Program-made: the position numbers and the translations under genes
Shown: positions 56,601-64,000 of the stretch, piece after piece
How positions within the stretch are numbered: the first letter of the stretch is position 1
Layout: each line of letters begins with the position of its first letter
The notes under the pieces: generated by a model
The model's input: the letters and a program-made list of their open reading frames with translations, nothing else
Told to the model about the DNA's origin: nothing
Database searches by the model: none
Assembly: GCA_002722245.1 (NCBI GenBank)
Contig: PBLA01000007.1
Location: 55,723 to 119,722 of the forward strand
Reading direction: 5' to 3'
Source: Flavobacteriales bacterium
Lineage (GTDB): Bacteria > Bacteroidota > Bacteroidia > Flavobacteriales_C > GCA-002722245
DNA length: 64,000 nt

Positions 56601-57008
56601 ATGTATCCAGCAGAAATAGTTTTACCAATGAAACAAGAATTGGTAGATGCAGGGTTTGAAGACTTAACCACACCAGAAGCAGTTGACACAGTTGTCAATA
56701 ATGAGGAGGCGGTATTAATCGTTATTAATTCGGTTTGTGGTTGTGCAGCAGGCAATGCAAGACCTGCAGCAAAAATTGCTGCCCAACACGAGAAAGCGCC
56801 AAAACTAACCACTGTTTTTGCAGGTTTCGACAAAGAAGCCGTAGAACAAGCAAGAAAGTACATGCTGCCTTATCCGCCTTCATCTCCATCAATGGCGTTA
56901 TTTAAAAACGGAAAACTAGTTCATATGATTGAACGACACAATATTGAAGGAAGCCAAGCCATGATTATAGCAGATAATCTTACTGGTGCTTTCGAAACAC
57001 ATTTATAA
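56601..57008 (+). CDS. Bacilliredoxin (BrxA/BrxB, DUF1094/YphP family)
   Basis: It matches the YphP family over its whole length. Motifs include NSVCGCAAGNARPAA (CGC redox motif), VFAGFDKEA and PSSPSMALFK. Confidence 0.85.
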   Translation: MYPAEIVLPMKQELVDAGFEDLTTPEAVDTVVNNEEAVLIVINSVCGCAAGNARPAAKIAAQHEKAPKLTTVFAGFDKEAVEQARKYMLPYPPSSPSMALFKNGKLVHMIERHNIEGSQAMIIADNLTGAFETHL

Positions 57009-57033
57009 CACGTTTTCAACCCTTCTAAACAAT

Positions 57034-57063
57034 AAAAAAGCCCTAGAGATCTAGGGCTTTTTT
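57034..57063. terminator. Bidirectional terminator between the bacilliredoxin gene and ctaD
   Basis: aaaaagccctag-agat-ctagggcttttt is a 12-bp perfect stem lying between convergent stops. Confidence 0.85.
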
Positions 57064-57092
57064 GTTTCTATATGATTTGTCTTTAACCAATT

Positions 57093-58850
57093 TTAATGAC
57101 CTTCATGCTCACCTTCCTTTAACGGAACAATTTGAGAAACGTAATCATCCTCATATCCTGGTTTACTGTAGTCGTAAGGCCAACGATGAACGGTTGGAAT
57201 AGGACCCTCCCAGTTCCCATGAATACGCTCAATAGGGGCTGTCCACTCCAGCGTATTAGATTTCCATGGATTTTGAGAACTTTTTCTTCCTCTAAAAATA
57301 GAGTAAAAGAAATTGAATATAAAGGCAGATTGACCAATGGCAGCCATAATCGCAAAGGCAGTTATGATCGGATTGATGAATTGAACATCTGCAAACATTT
57401 CAAATTCCAAGTTAGTATAATAACGTCTTGGAACACCAGCTAACCCCACAAAATGCATAGGTAGGAAAACACCATAAACACCAATAAACGTTAGCCAAAA
57501 ATGCAGATATCCAAGCTTAGAATACATTAACCTACCATACATTCTAGGGAACCAATGGTAAACTCCTGCAAACATTCCAAAAATAGCTCCTGCACCCATT
57601 ACAATATGGAAATGTGCTACAACAAAATAAGTATCGTGTATATTAATATCTAATGCTGAATTCCCCAGGATTAGTCCGGTCAATCCACCAGAAATGAATA
57701 GTGAAACCATACCCATTCCAAACAACATGGCAGGAGTTAATCGTAAATTACCTTTCCACAAAGTGGCTAAATAATTGAACACCTTAACAGCAGAAGGAAT
57801 AGCAATCAACAATGTGGTAAATGTAAATACCGTTCCTAAAAATGGACTCATACCTGTTAAAAACATATGGTGTCCCCAAACAATAAATGATAAAAATGCA
57901 ATTGCTAAGATTGATAGAATCATTGCGCGGTAACCAAAAATCGGTTTTCGTGAGTTCGTTGAAATCACTTCAGAAGTTAATCCGAGGGCAGGAAGTAAAA
58001 TGATGTATACTTCAGGGTGCCCTAAGAACCAAAATAAGTGCTCATATAAAATTGGAGAACCTCCAGTTTGTGCTAAAGGCTCACCACCTATGTAAATAGA
58101 ATCAAGATAAAAGGATGTTCCCAACATTCTATCAAACATCAATAACAATGCAGCAGATAAAAGAACTGGGAAAGATAACACACCTAAAATAGCCGTAATA
58201 AAGAAACACCATATTGTAAGAGGCATTCTCACCATCGTCATACCTTTCGTTCTTAGGTTAAGTACAGTAACAATATAATTTAAGGACCCTAATAAGGAAG
58301 ATGCGATAAATACAGTCATCGAAACCAACCACAATGTCATTCCTAAACCAGATCCTGGCATTGCTTTTTCTAAAGCAGAAAGAGGAGGATAAACCGTCCA
58401 TCCACCAGAGGCTGGTCCCGTTTCAATGAAACATGAATAAACCATGATCACAGAAGAAACAAAAAACAACCAATAAGAAATCATATTTAATAAACCAGAG
58501 GCCATATCTCGAGCACCCAACTGATAAGGAATAAGGATGTTGGAAAACGTACCAGAAAGACCACCTGTTAATACGAAGAATACGATGATTGTCCCATGAA
58601 TCGTTACTAAAGCTAAATACATATTAGGATCTAAAACCCCCTCTGGTGCCCAACGATCCCCTAAGAAGAAATTTAAAAACGCAAAACCTTCTTTTGGCCA
58701 TGCCAATTGCAATCTAAATAAGATAGACATTCCCATTCCGATTACAGCCATAAAAATTGCCGTGATTAAGAATTGCTTCCCAATCATTTTATGGTCCATA
58801 CTAAAAACGTACTTACTAATGAATGTCTCGTGATGATGTCCTCCACCCAT
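57093..58850 (-). CDS. ctaD: Cytochrome c oxidase subunit I (haem-copper oxidase, aa3 type)
   Basis: It has 12 or more TM helices and the motifs WFLGHPEVYI and HHMF, with His ligands throughout. Confidence 0.95.
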   Translation of the reverse strand: MGGGHHHETFISKYVFSMDHKMIGKQFLITAIFMAVIGMGMSILFRLQLAWPKEGFAFLNFFLGDRWAPEGVLDPNMYLALVTIHGTIIVFFVLTGGLSGTFSNILIPYQLGARDMASGLLNMISYWLFFVSSVIMVYSCFIETGPASGGWTVYPPLSALEKAMPGSGLGMTLWLVSMTVFIASSLLGSLNYIVTVLNLRTKGMTMVRMPLTIWCFFITAILGVLSFPVLLSAALLLMFDRMLGTSFYLDSIYIGGEPLAQTGGSPILYEHLFWFLGHPEVYIILLPALGLTSEVISTNSRKPIFGYRAMILSILAIAFLSFIVWGHHMFLTGMSPFLGTVFTFTTLLIAIPSAVKVFNYLATLWKGNLRLTPAMLFGMGMVSLFISGGLTGLILGNSALDINIHDTYFVVAHFHIVMGAGAIFGMFAGVYHWFPRMYGRLMYSKLGYLHFWLTFIGVYGVFLPMHFVGLAGVPRRYYTNLEFEMFADVQFINPIITAFAIMAAIGQSAFIFNFFYSIFRGRKSSQNPWKSNTLEWTAPIERIHGNWEGPIPTVHRWPYDYSKPGYEDDYVSQIVPLKEGEHEGH

Positions 58851-58890
58851 GACTATATCTTTTAAATTTTTTACTTAATTATTATTTATC

Positions 58891-60132
58891 TTAAAGAGTT
58901 TCAAACGCTTTTTGATCAGCAATCCACTCATTAAATTCTTCCTCTTCTACAACTTCAATATATACCTTCATGTTGTAATGAGAAGCGCCACAAATCTTGT
59001 TACACAAAAGAATATAACCTGTAGAACCAGGAGTTTCAACTGCTGCAATAACATTACCCTCCTCGTCCAATGTTCTTTTTAAATAAACCCTTCCTTCTTC
59101 AGCGGCTTTTAGATTAAACTCTTCGGAAGTTTCCTTTGGCTGAAAAGTAAAATACGTTTTCATTCCAGGCACTGCATTCATTTGAGCCCTAAAATGAGGA
59201 AAGTATGCAGAATGGATTACATCTTTGGATCTAAATTGGAATTTGATTGTTTTCCCTTTAGGAAGTTTAATCGAATTACCGTTAATTACTTTATCATCTT
59301 TCCCTGCGTCGTATTTTGCTGGAAACTTCTCATAATCAGCTAACATTCTGTTCAAACGAACAACATTGGCTTTATAATTTTTTAGACTCTCTTCAGATTT
59401 ATCTAGGTTTTTACTCCTATTCCAACCGTCCTCATTCAGCTTTTCATACTTAATTGAGTCCTGACGAATGTTTTCAATAGCCGCTTTTGACTCATCAAGT
59501 CTTTTCAGAAGTGCATTTTTAGTAGCTACACCCACCGCATTTGAACCGTATAATGCAAATGACGCTTCTCCCAATTTACCATCGTCTCCTGCAAATCGAG
59601 TTGTCCATTTAAATTGTTCTGAAACAAATTCAATATGCATGTCTGCTTCATCTTCAGGATTCATAATTGAACCCCAGGTACTCATACCATAAGAAATCAA
59701 CATAATCAAAACGATTGCAGGAACAACAGTCCAAGCCATCTCCATCGCATTATTGTGAGGATACCAAAAGCCTTTACGACCCTTTCTATAGTAATATTTA
59801 AATCCAAACCAAAAAAGTAGCGTATGTGTAACAAAAAATACCGATAAAATCAGAATCATTGTAATGTTCATAAGCCCATCGATATCATCACCATGCACGG
59901 AAGCAGAAGATGGTAACATGTATTTACTCCATCCAACAATTTGCACAACCAGTAAAGCAAACAAAACAAAACCATACACAATTAAACCAAGTGCATTTGT
60001 TCTCATTTCAGCGTCAGTGATTGGATCAGATTTTTCGTCCTTTAACCCATCAACTAATTCTCTAGCTTTAAGAATTTTAAATATTGCAACGCCTCCTAAT
60101 AAAACTGCTAATATTATAAGTATAATTTCCAT
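58891..60132 (-). CDS. ctaC: Cytochrome c oxidase subunit II (CuA domain with insertions, no c-haem motif)
   Basis: It has N-terminal TM helices, the segments QFKWTTRF and KDVIHSAYFPHF, and the CuA ligands CNKICGASHYNM. There is no CxxCH motif. Confidence 0.9.
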   Translation of the reverse strand: MEIILIILAVLLGGVAIFKILKARELVDGLKDEKSDPITDAEMRTNALGLIVYGFVLFALLVVQIVGWSKYMLPSSASVHGDDIDGLMNITMILILSVFFVTHTLLFWFGFKYYYRKGRKGFWYPHNNAMEMAWTVVPAIVLIMLISYGMSTWGSIMNPEDEADMHIEFVSEQFKWTTRFAGDDGKLGEASFALYGSNAVGVATKNALLKRLDESKAAIENIRQDSIKYEKLNEDGWNRSKNLDKSEESLKNYKANVVRLNRMLADYEKFPAKYDAGKDDKVINGNSIKLPKGKTIKFQFRSKDVIHSAYFPHFRAQMNAVPGMKTYFTFQPKETSEEFNLKAAEEGRVYLKRTLDEEGNVIAAVETPGSTGYILLCNKICGASHYNMKVYIEVVEEEEFNEWIADQKAFETL

Positions 60133-60174
60133 CTCTAAACTTTTATAAATTCTTTACCGTTTCTACACAAATAA

Positions 60175-61410
60175 TTAATGATGATGTATCGCCTTTCCCT
60201 CTTCTAAATATGGGTGATTTTTTACCATAAGTGGTCTGCTAGCAAGCGATCTTAATACGATAAACGTAAACACTCCTAAGAACAGTAAAAAGGAACCAAT
60301 CTCAATCAAACCAAGGCCAGCCTCTGCCTTCATAGAACCAGGACTAGTCATAATAAACACATCCAGCCAGTGGAAAACAAAAACGATACAACCAACTAAT
60401 ATTAAAACATTCTTATTCTTCTTCGCATCCGCATCCATTAAGAATAACATCGGCACGGCAAAATTAGTGAAGAATATCATCCAATAAATAACAGGGTAAT
60501 CATTAATTCTTGCTTGGAAATACGTGATTTCTTCAGGAATATCTGCATACCAAATTAACATGAATTGAGAAAAGAACATATACGTCCATAAAAACGATAG
60601 AGCAAAAACCCATTTACCCATATCATGAACATGACCACCAGAGGCTTGCTGAAGCAACCCTTTTCCTTTCAGGTAAAGAATTAACATCAATGCATAAACC
60701 ATACCTTCTAACCACATTCCAGAGAACACATACCATCCAAAAAGTGTAGAGAACCAATGTGTATCAATGGACATAATTAATTGCCATGAAATCACAGATG
60801 AACCGTAACCAAAGATCACAAGAAACAACGCCGACTTCGCAAAATTTTTGAAGTGAATTTTAGTCCCTCCTTCTTGGTCTTCTAATAAAGACTGCTTTCT
60901 ATAATACCTAGAAAACCATACGAAAGCCCCCATGAAGAAAAGCAATACAGGATAATAAAAGGCAGGATTGAAGAAAAATGCTTTATGGTCGAGCAAATGA
61001 TCATACCCCTCTTGTCCTGGCTGCAAAGATGTATCATAATGCTGCCAGTGATAAATATGATGACCACCAAATTGACCAATCACAATGATCAAAACAACAA
61101 TAGAAGCCATTAAAGGAAGAGCAGAAAGAATAGATTCATATACTCTTTTGAAAACAACAGACCATGAAACCTCCGCGGCATATTGCAAAGCCAAAAAGAA
61201 CAATACAGCCAATGCGATAAAAAAGAAAAATATCCCATTCGTTAGCAAAGCTACCCAAATACGGTTGGAAGAACCATAATTATGTCCCTCATTCACTAAC
61301 GTATCATATGCATTGGAGTCAAAAAGAACTCCTAGAATAAAAATTAATAATCCAGCAATTCCTACGCCGAGGGTAATTTTTTTTGTTTTATCTGAAAAAA
61401 CGTAATCCAT
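60175..61410 (-). CDS. actF: Alternative complex III subunit ActF (NrfD-like membrane subunit)
   Basis: It is a polytopic membrane protein directly after actE and before the oxidase genes. The start is set at MDYVFSDK, removing the overlap with actE. Confidence 0.7.
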   Translation of the reverse strand: MDYVFSDKTKKITLGVGIAGLLIFILGVLFDSNAYDTLVNEGHNYGSSNRIWVALLTNGIFFFFIALAVLFFLALQYAAEVSWSVVFKRVYESILSALPLMASIVVLIIVIGQFGGHHIYHWQHYDTSLQPGQEGYDHLLDHKAFFFNPAFYYPVLLFFMGAFVWFSRYYRKQSLLEDQEGGTKIHFKNFAKSALFLVIFGYGSSVISWQLIMSIDTHWFSTLFGWYVFSGMWLEGMVYALMLILYLKGKGLLQQASGGHVHDMGKWVFALSFLWTYMFFSQFMLIWYADIPEEITYFQARINDYPVIYWMIFFTNFAVPMLFLMDADAKKNKNVLILVGCIVFVFHWLDVFIMTSPGSMKAEAGLGLIEIGSFLLFLGVFTFIVLRSLASRPLMVKNHPYLEEGKAIHHH

Positions 61411-61438
61411 TTTGATGGTGTTTAAATCAATTTTAAAA

Positions 61439-62212
61439 TTATTTTGCTTGTGTTGAATCTGGTAATTCAGCATCAACAGCTTCTAGTTCAACAGAAGAAT
61501 TGACTTTAGCATCTCTTAAATCCTCTACTTTATTCCCCTGTAAGGTTTGAACATATTGTACTATTTTCCATCTTTTCTCCTCAACAATTTGAGAAGCGTG
61601 AGAACCCATCATACCTTTTCCATAAAAAATCGTATAATAGATTTCACCTGCAGAAAGGTTTTTAGTGTCACCAGCGCTGTAAGCAGGAGGTTTCAAAAAC
61701 AATTCCTTTTGAATTAAGGACCCTTTTCCTTGACCCTTAGGACCATGACAATGCACACAAAAGATTTCATAATATGCTTTTCCTTCTACTAGAGAAGTTT
61801 CCGTGTAAGGAATAGGCATTTTTATAGCTTTTGCTTTGGAACGATCACCTTTCTCAATTGGAAAAGGGATTTTTCCTTCTGCAATGGTTCCTTCAACAGG
61901 TTTCCTTGTAATTAATCCACTCTTAAATACATTATACAATGCAGCTACCTCACTTTCAATGGCTCCTTTTACTGAGTCTCCTGCTTGATCGTAACCTAAT
62001 TTTTTAAGGTTTCTTTCAAAAAAGTCAGTAGAATCAATATCATATTTTTTCAAGTATGCCTCATACCCAGTTGCTCTATACATATCAGGCATATACTCAA
62101 CACCTGGGCTGTTAGGATCAGCCGTACAAGAAACTAAACCTAAAGCAGCAACAACGCCAACTAAAAGTTTTGTTTTCGCGAAATGGGCAATATTTTGATA
62201 AGAAATATTCAT
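61439..62212 (-). CDS. actE: Alternative complex III subunit ActE (monohaem cytochrome c lipoprotein)
   Basis: It has a lipobox (GLVSC) and a single CVHCH haem motif with a downstream Met (GKGMMGSH). Confidence 0.8.
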   Translation of the reverse strand: MNISYQNIAHFAKTKLLVGVVAALGLVSCTADPNSPGVEYMPDMYRATGYEAYLKKYDIDSTDFFERNLKKLGYDQAGDSVKGAIESEVAALYNVFKSGLITRKPVEGTIAEGKIPFPIEKGDRSKAKAIKMPIPYTETSLVEGKAYYEIFCVHCHGPKGQGKGSLIQKELFLKPPAYSAGDTKNLSAGEIYYTIFYGKGMMGSHASQIVEEKRWKIVQYVQTLQGNKVEDLRDAKVNSSVELEAVDAELPDSTQAK

Positions 62213-62223
62213 CTTTTTAGTCT

Positions 62224-62742
62224 TTATGCCTTATTAATTTCTATAGCTCCAGTAGCTTTTAATTCTGAGATTAATGTTTCCTCATCCATATCAATGTCGG
62301 ACGAATTAATTTGCATTACAAATTTATCATCTGTTGTTCTTGGATCAGGATTTTTTGCAATCATTCCTGGTAATGTTTTATTCCTTAGTAAATAAGTAAT
62401 TGCCATTCCATGGGCCGTACACAATACCGTTACTTCAAAGGTAATTGGAATAAAAGCTGGAATATTCTGGTAAAAATAGTAATTCGGTTTACCACCTATA
62501 TTCATAGGCCAGTCGGCAATCATGAAATAATACATTCCAATTAACGCCAAGGACATTCCAGTTAGTCCATAAATAAATGCACAAATAGCTAGTCTTGTTT
62601 TTCGAACACCAATTACAGGATCAATACCATGAATTGGAAAAGGAGAAAAAACATCTTTAATTTGTACGCCTTTGGCCACTAAACTTTCCGCACCGTGAAG
62701 TAAAGTAGAATCATCATCGTACATTGCGTATATCTTGCTCAT
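62224..62742 (-). CDS. actD: Alternative complex III subunit ActD (DUF3341)
   Basis: The 172-aa protein has two central TM helices. It sits between the NrfD-like and cytochrome c subunits. Confidence 0.7.
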   Translation of the reverse strand: MSKIYAMYDDDSTLLHGAESLVAKGVQIKDVFSPFPIHGIDPVIGVRKTRLAICAFIYGLTGMSLALIGMYYFMIADWPMNIGGKPNYYFYQNIPAFIPITFEVTVLCTAHGMAITYLLRNKTLPGMIAKNPDPRTTDDKFVMQINSSDIDMDEETLISELKATGAIEINKA

Positions 62743-62757
62743 AATCGAACTCTAATT

Positions 62758-64000
62758 TTAATCTTGTTCTTTTTTATCTTCTATATCTTCCTCTTCAGAA
62801 ACACTCACATCTTTCATTTCTTCTACAGGAGTGTCAACGCCATTTTGTTCAACTTCAAGGACAGGTTCTTTTTCAACCTCCACTTCTTCTTCAACAACAG
62901 CGTGATTACTTTGTCCATTGGAATGACTTATTTGATGGATATGTTTTTTAACACCATACTCACCAGTAGCTCTCAAAATTGTTTTCACTTCATTTAGTGC
63001 TAACACAGGAAAAACTCGAGCATAAAGTAAGAACAACACGAAGAATAAACCGATTGTTCCTAAAAATACTCCCATATCAACATAAGTTGGGTGAAATTGA
63101 GTCCAAGAGGAAGCTAAAAAGTCACGATGTAATGAGGTAACAATAATCACAAATCGCTCAAACCACATTCCAATATTTACTATAATTGAAAGAATAAAAG
63201 TGACTACTAAATTTCTTCTGATTTTCTTAAACCACATTAACTGTGGAGAAATCACATTACAAGTCATCATAGACCAATATGCCCACCAATAAGGTCCAGT
63301 CGCTCTATTCATAAAGGCATACCCTTCATATTCTACACCTGAATACCAAGCAACAAAAAGTTCTGTTAAATAAGCAACTCCTACCATGGATCCTGTCAAC
63401 ATGATAATGATGTTCATATATTCAATGTGTTTCAATGTAAGATAATCTTCTAATCGAAATACCTTTCTCATTACCAACATTAAGGTTAATACCATGGCAA
63501 ACCCTGAGAATACTGCTCCAGCAACGAAATACGGAGGGAAAATAGTTGTGTGCCATCCTGGTATAACAGAGGTTGCAAAATCCATAGATACAATTGAGTG
63601 TACAGAGAATACAAGTGGTGTAGCTAATCCTGCTAAAACCAATGAAACCTCCTCAAAACGATTCCAGTGTTTTGCATTTCCAGACCATCCAAAAGCTAGA
63701 ATTGAATAAATCTTCTTCGGTAATGGCTTAATCATTCTGTCACGAACTGTAGCGAAATCAGGTATCAAACCAATATACCAAAACACCAACGATACAGAAA
63801 AATACGTTGAAATAGCAAATACGTCCCATAAAAGTGGAGAATTAAAGTTTGGCCATAAAGAACCAAATTGGTTTGGTAATGGAAGAACCCAATACGCCTG
63901 CCAAATTCTTCCCATGTGGATTCCTGGGAATAAGGCTGCCATCATAACGGCAAATATCGTCATTGCTTCAGCAGAACGGTTGATGGCCATTCTCCAACGT
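62758..64000 (-). CDS. actC: Alternative complex III subunit ActC (NrfD/PsrC-like quinol-binding subunit), N-terminus outside window
   Basis: The frame stays open to the window edge upstream of the Met in the ORF track. It is a polytopic NrfD-like sequence with an acidic C-terminal tail. Confidence 0.75.
   Translation of the reverse strand, partial: RWRMAINRSAEAMTIFAVMMAALFPGIHMGRIWQAYWVLPLPNQFGSLWPNFNSPLLWDVFAISTYFSVSLVFWYIGLIPDFATVRDRMIKPLPKKIYSILAFGWSGNAKHWNRFEEVSLVLAGLATPLVFSVHSIVSMDFATSVIPGWHTTIFPPYFVAGAVFSGFAMVLTLMLVMRKVFRLEDYLTLKHIEYMNIIIMLTGSMVGVAYLTELFVAWYSGVEYEGYAFMNRATGPYWWAYWSMMTCNVISPQLMWFKKIRRNLVVTFILSIIVNIGMWFERFVIIVTSLHRDFLASSWTQFHPTYVDMGVFLGTIGLFFVLFLLYARVFPVLALNEVKTILRATGEYGVKKHIHQISHSNGQSNHAVVEEEVEVEKEPVLEVEQNGVDTPVEEMKDVSVSEEEDIEDKKEQD

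Noticed and set aside
28794-61476. N-terminal extensions in the ORF track for pyrH (to 29534), pheS (from 46239), cysS (to 56496), actF (to 61476), the 44892 lipoprotein (to 45314) and the M48 gene (to 28104).
   Set aside because: The conserved protein N-termini or signal peptides begin at internal Met codons. For pheS and cysS a -7 promoter box lies inside the extension, and for actF the extension would overlap actE.
4437-62997. Numerous 60-140-aa ORFs in the six-frame track that lie antisense to or nested in long genes (for example 4437-4685, 13485-13778, 18337-18756, 21608-21892, 41569-41871, 56570-56863, 62764-62997).
   Set aside because: All lie fully inside well-supported conserved genes on the opposite strand or in another frame. 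Their translations are low-complexity and lack motifs and start signals, so I treat them as shadow ORFs.
1-64000. A search by eye for tRNA/rRNA genes, CRISPR repeats, IS elements, integrases, toxin-antitoxin pairs and known defence-system domains.
   Set aside because: I found none. There are no T-loop/acceptor patterns in the intergenic regions, no regularly spaced repeats, and no transposase-, nuclease-, ATPase- or TIR/SIR2-like ORFs. Apart from the block at 24046-28074, the window looks like core chromosome.

Overview
This is a low-GC chromosomal segment (mid-30s % GC by eye) with the hallmarks of Bacteroidota, most likely Flavobacteriia. The evidence is Bacteroidetes-type -7 promoter boxes (TAnnTTTG), no Shine-Dalgarno sequences, an alternative complex III (actCDEF) in one gene string with an aa3-type oxidase, a type II glutaminyl cyclase, an AsmA-family protein and a DUF5686-like protein. 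I call 57 protein genes, two of them cut by the window edges. Almost all are core housekeeping: mreBCD-mrdA-rodA, rplM-rpsI-rpsB-tsf, pyrH-frr, metG, pheS, cysS, polA, rpoN, purH, purD, rlmN, rsmI, a polyprenyl synthase, ferritin, bacilliredoxin, rnpA, three two-component pairs and one orphan kinase. I saw no rRNA, tRNA, CRISPR array, transposase, integrase, phage gene or recognisable defence gene. The only block without a housekeeping assignment is a translationally coupled trio at 24046-28074: an M48-type zinc protease with a long unknown C-terminal region, a small beta-barrel outer membrane protein and a 498-aa secreted orphan. This is my best candidate for an undescribed envelope module, but it rests on motifs and context only. 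The strongest sequence-level signal is regulatory. At seven or more transcription-unit starts, a -7 promoter box sits exactly 4 nt before the start codon, which implies a class of leaderless mRNAs. Other observations include an unlisted 50-codon lipoprotein ORF, a glutaminyl cyclase coupled to cysS alongside Q-after-signal-peptide proteins, a Pho-like module and paralogous two-component pairs. All calls come from reading the sequence and the ORF translations. No database search was run.
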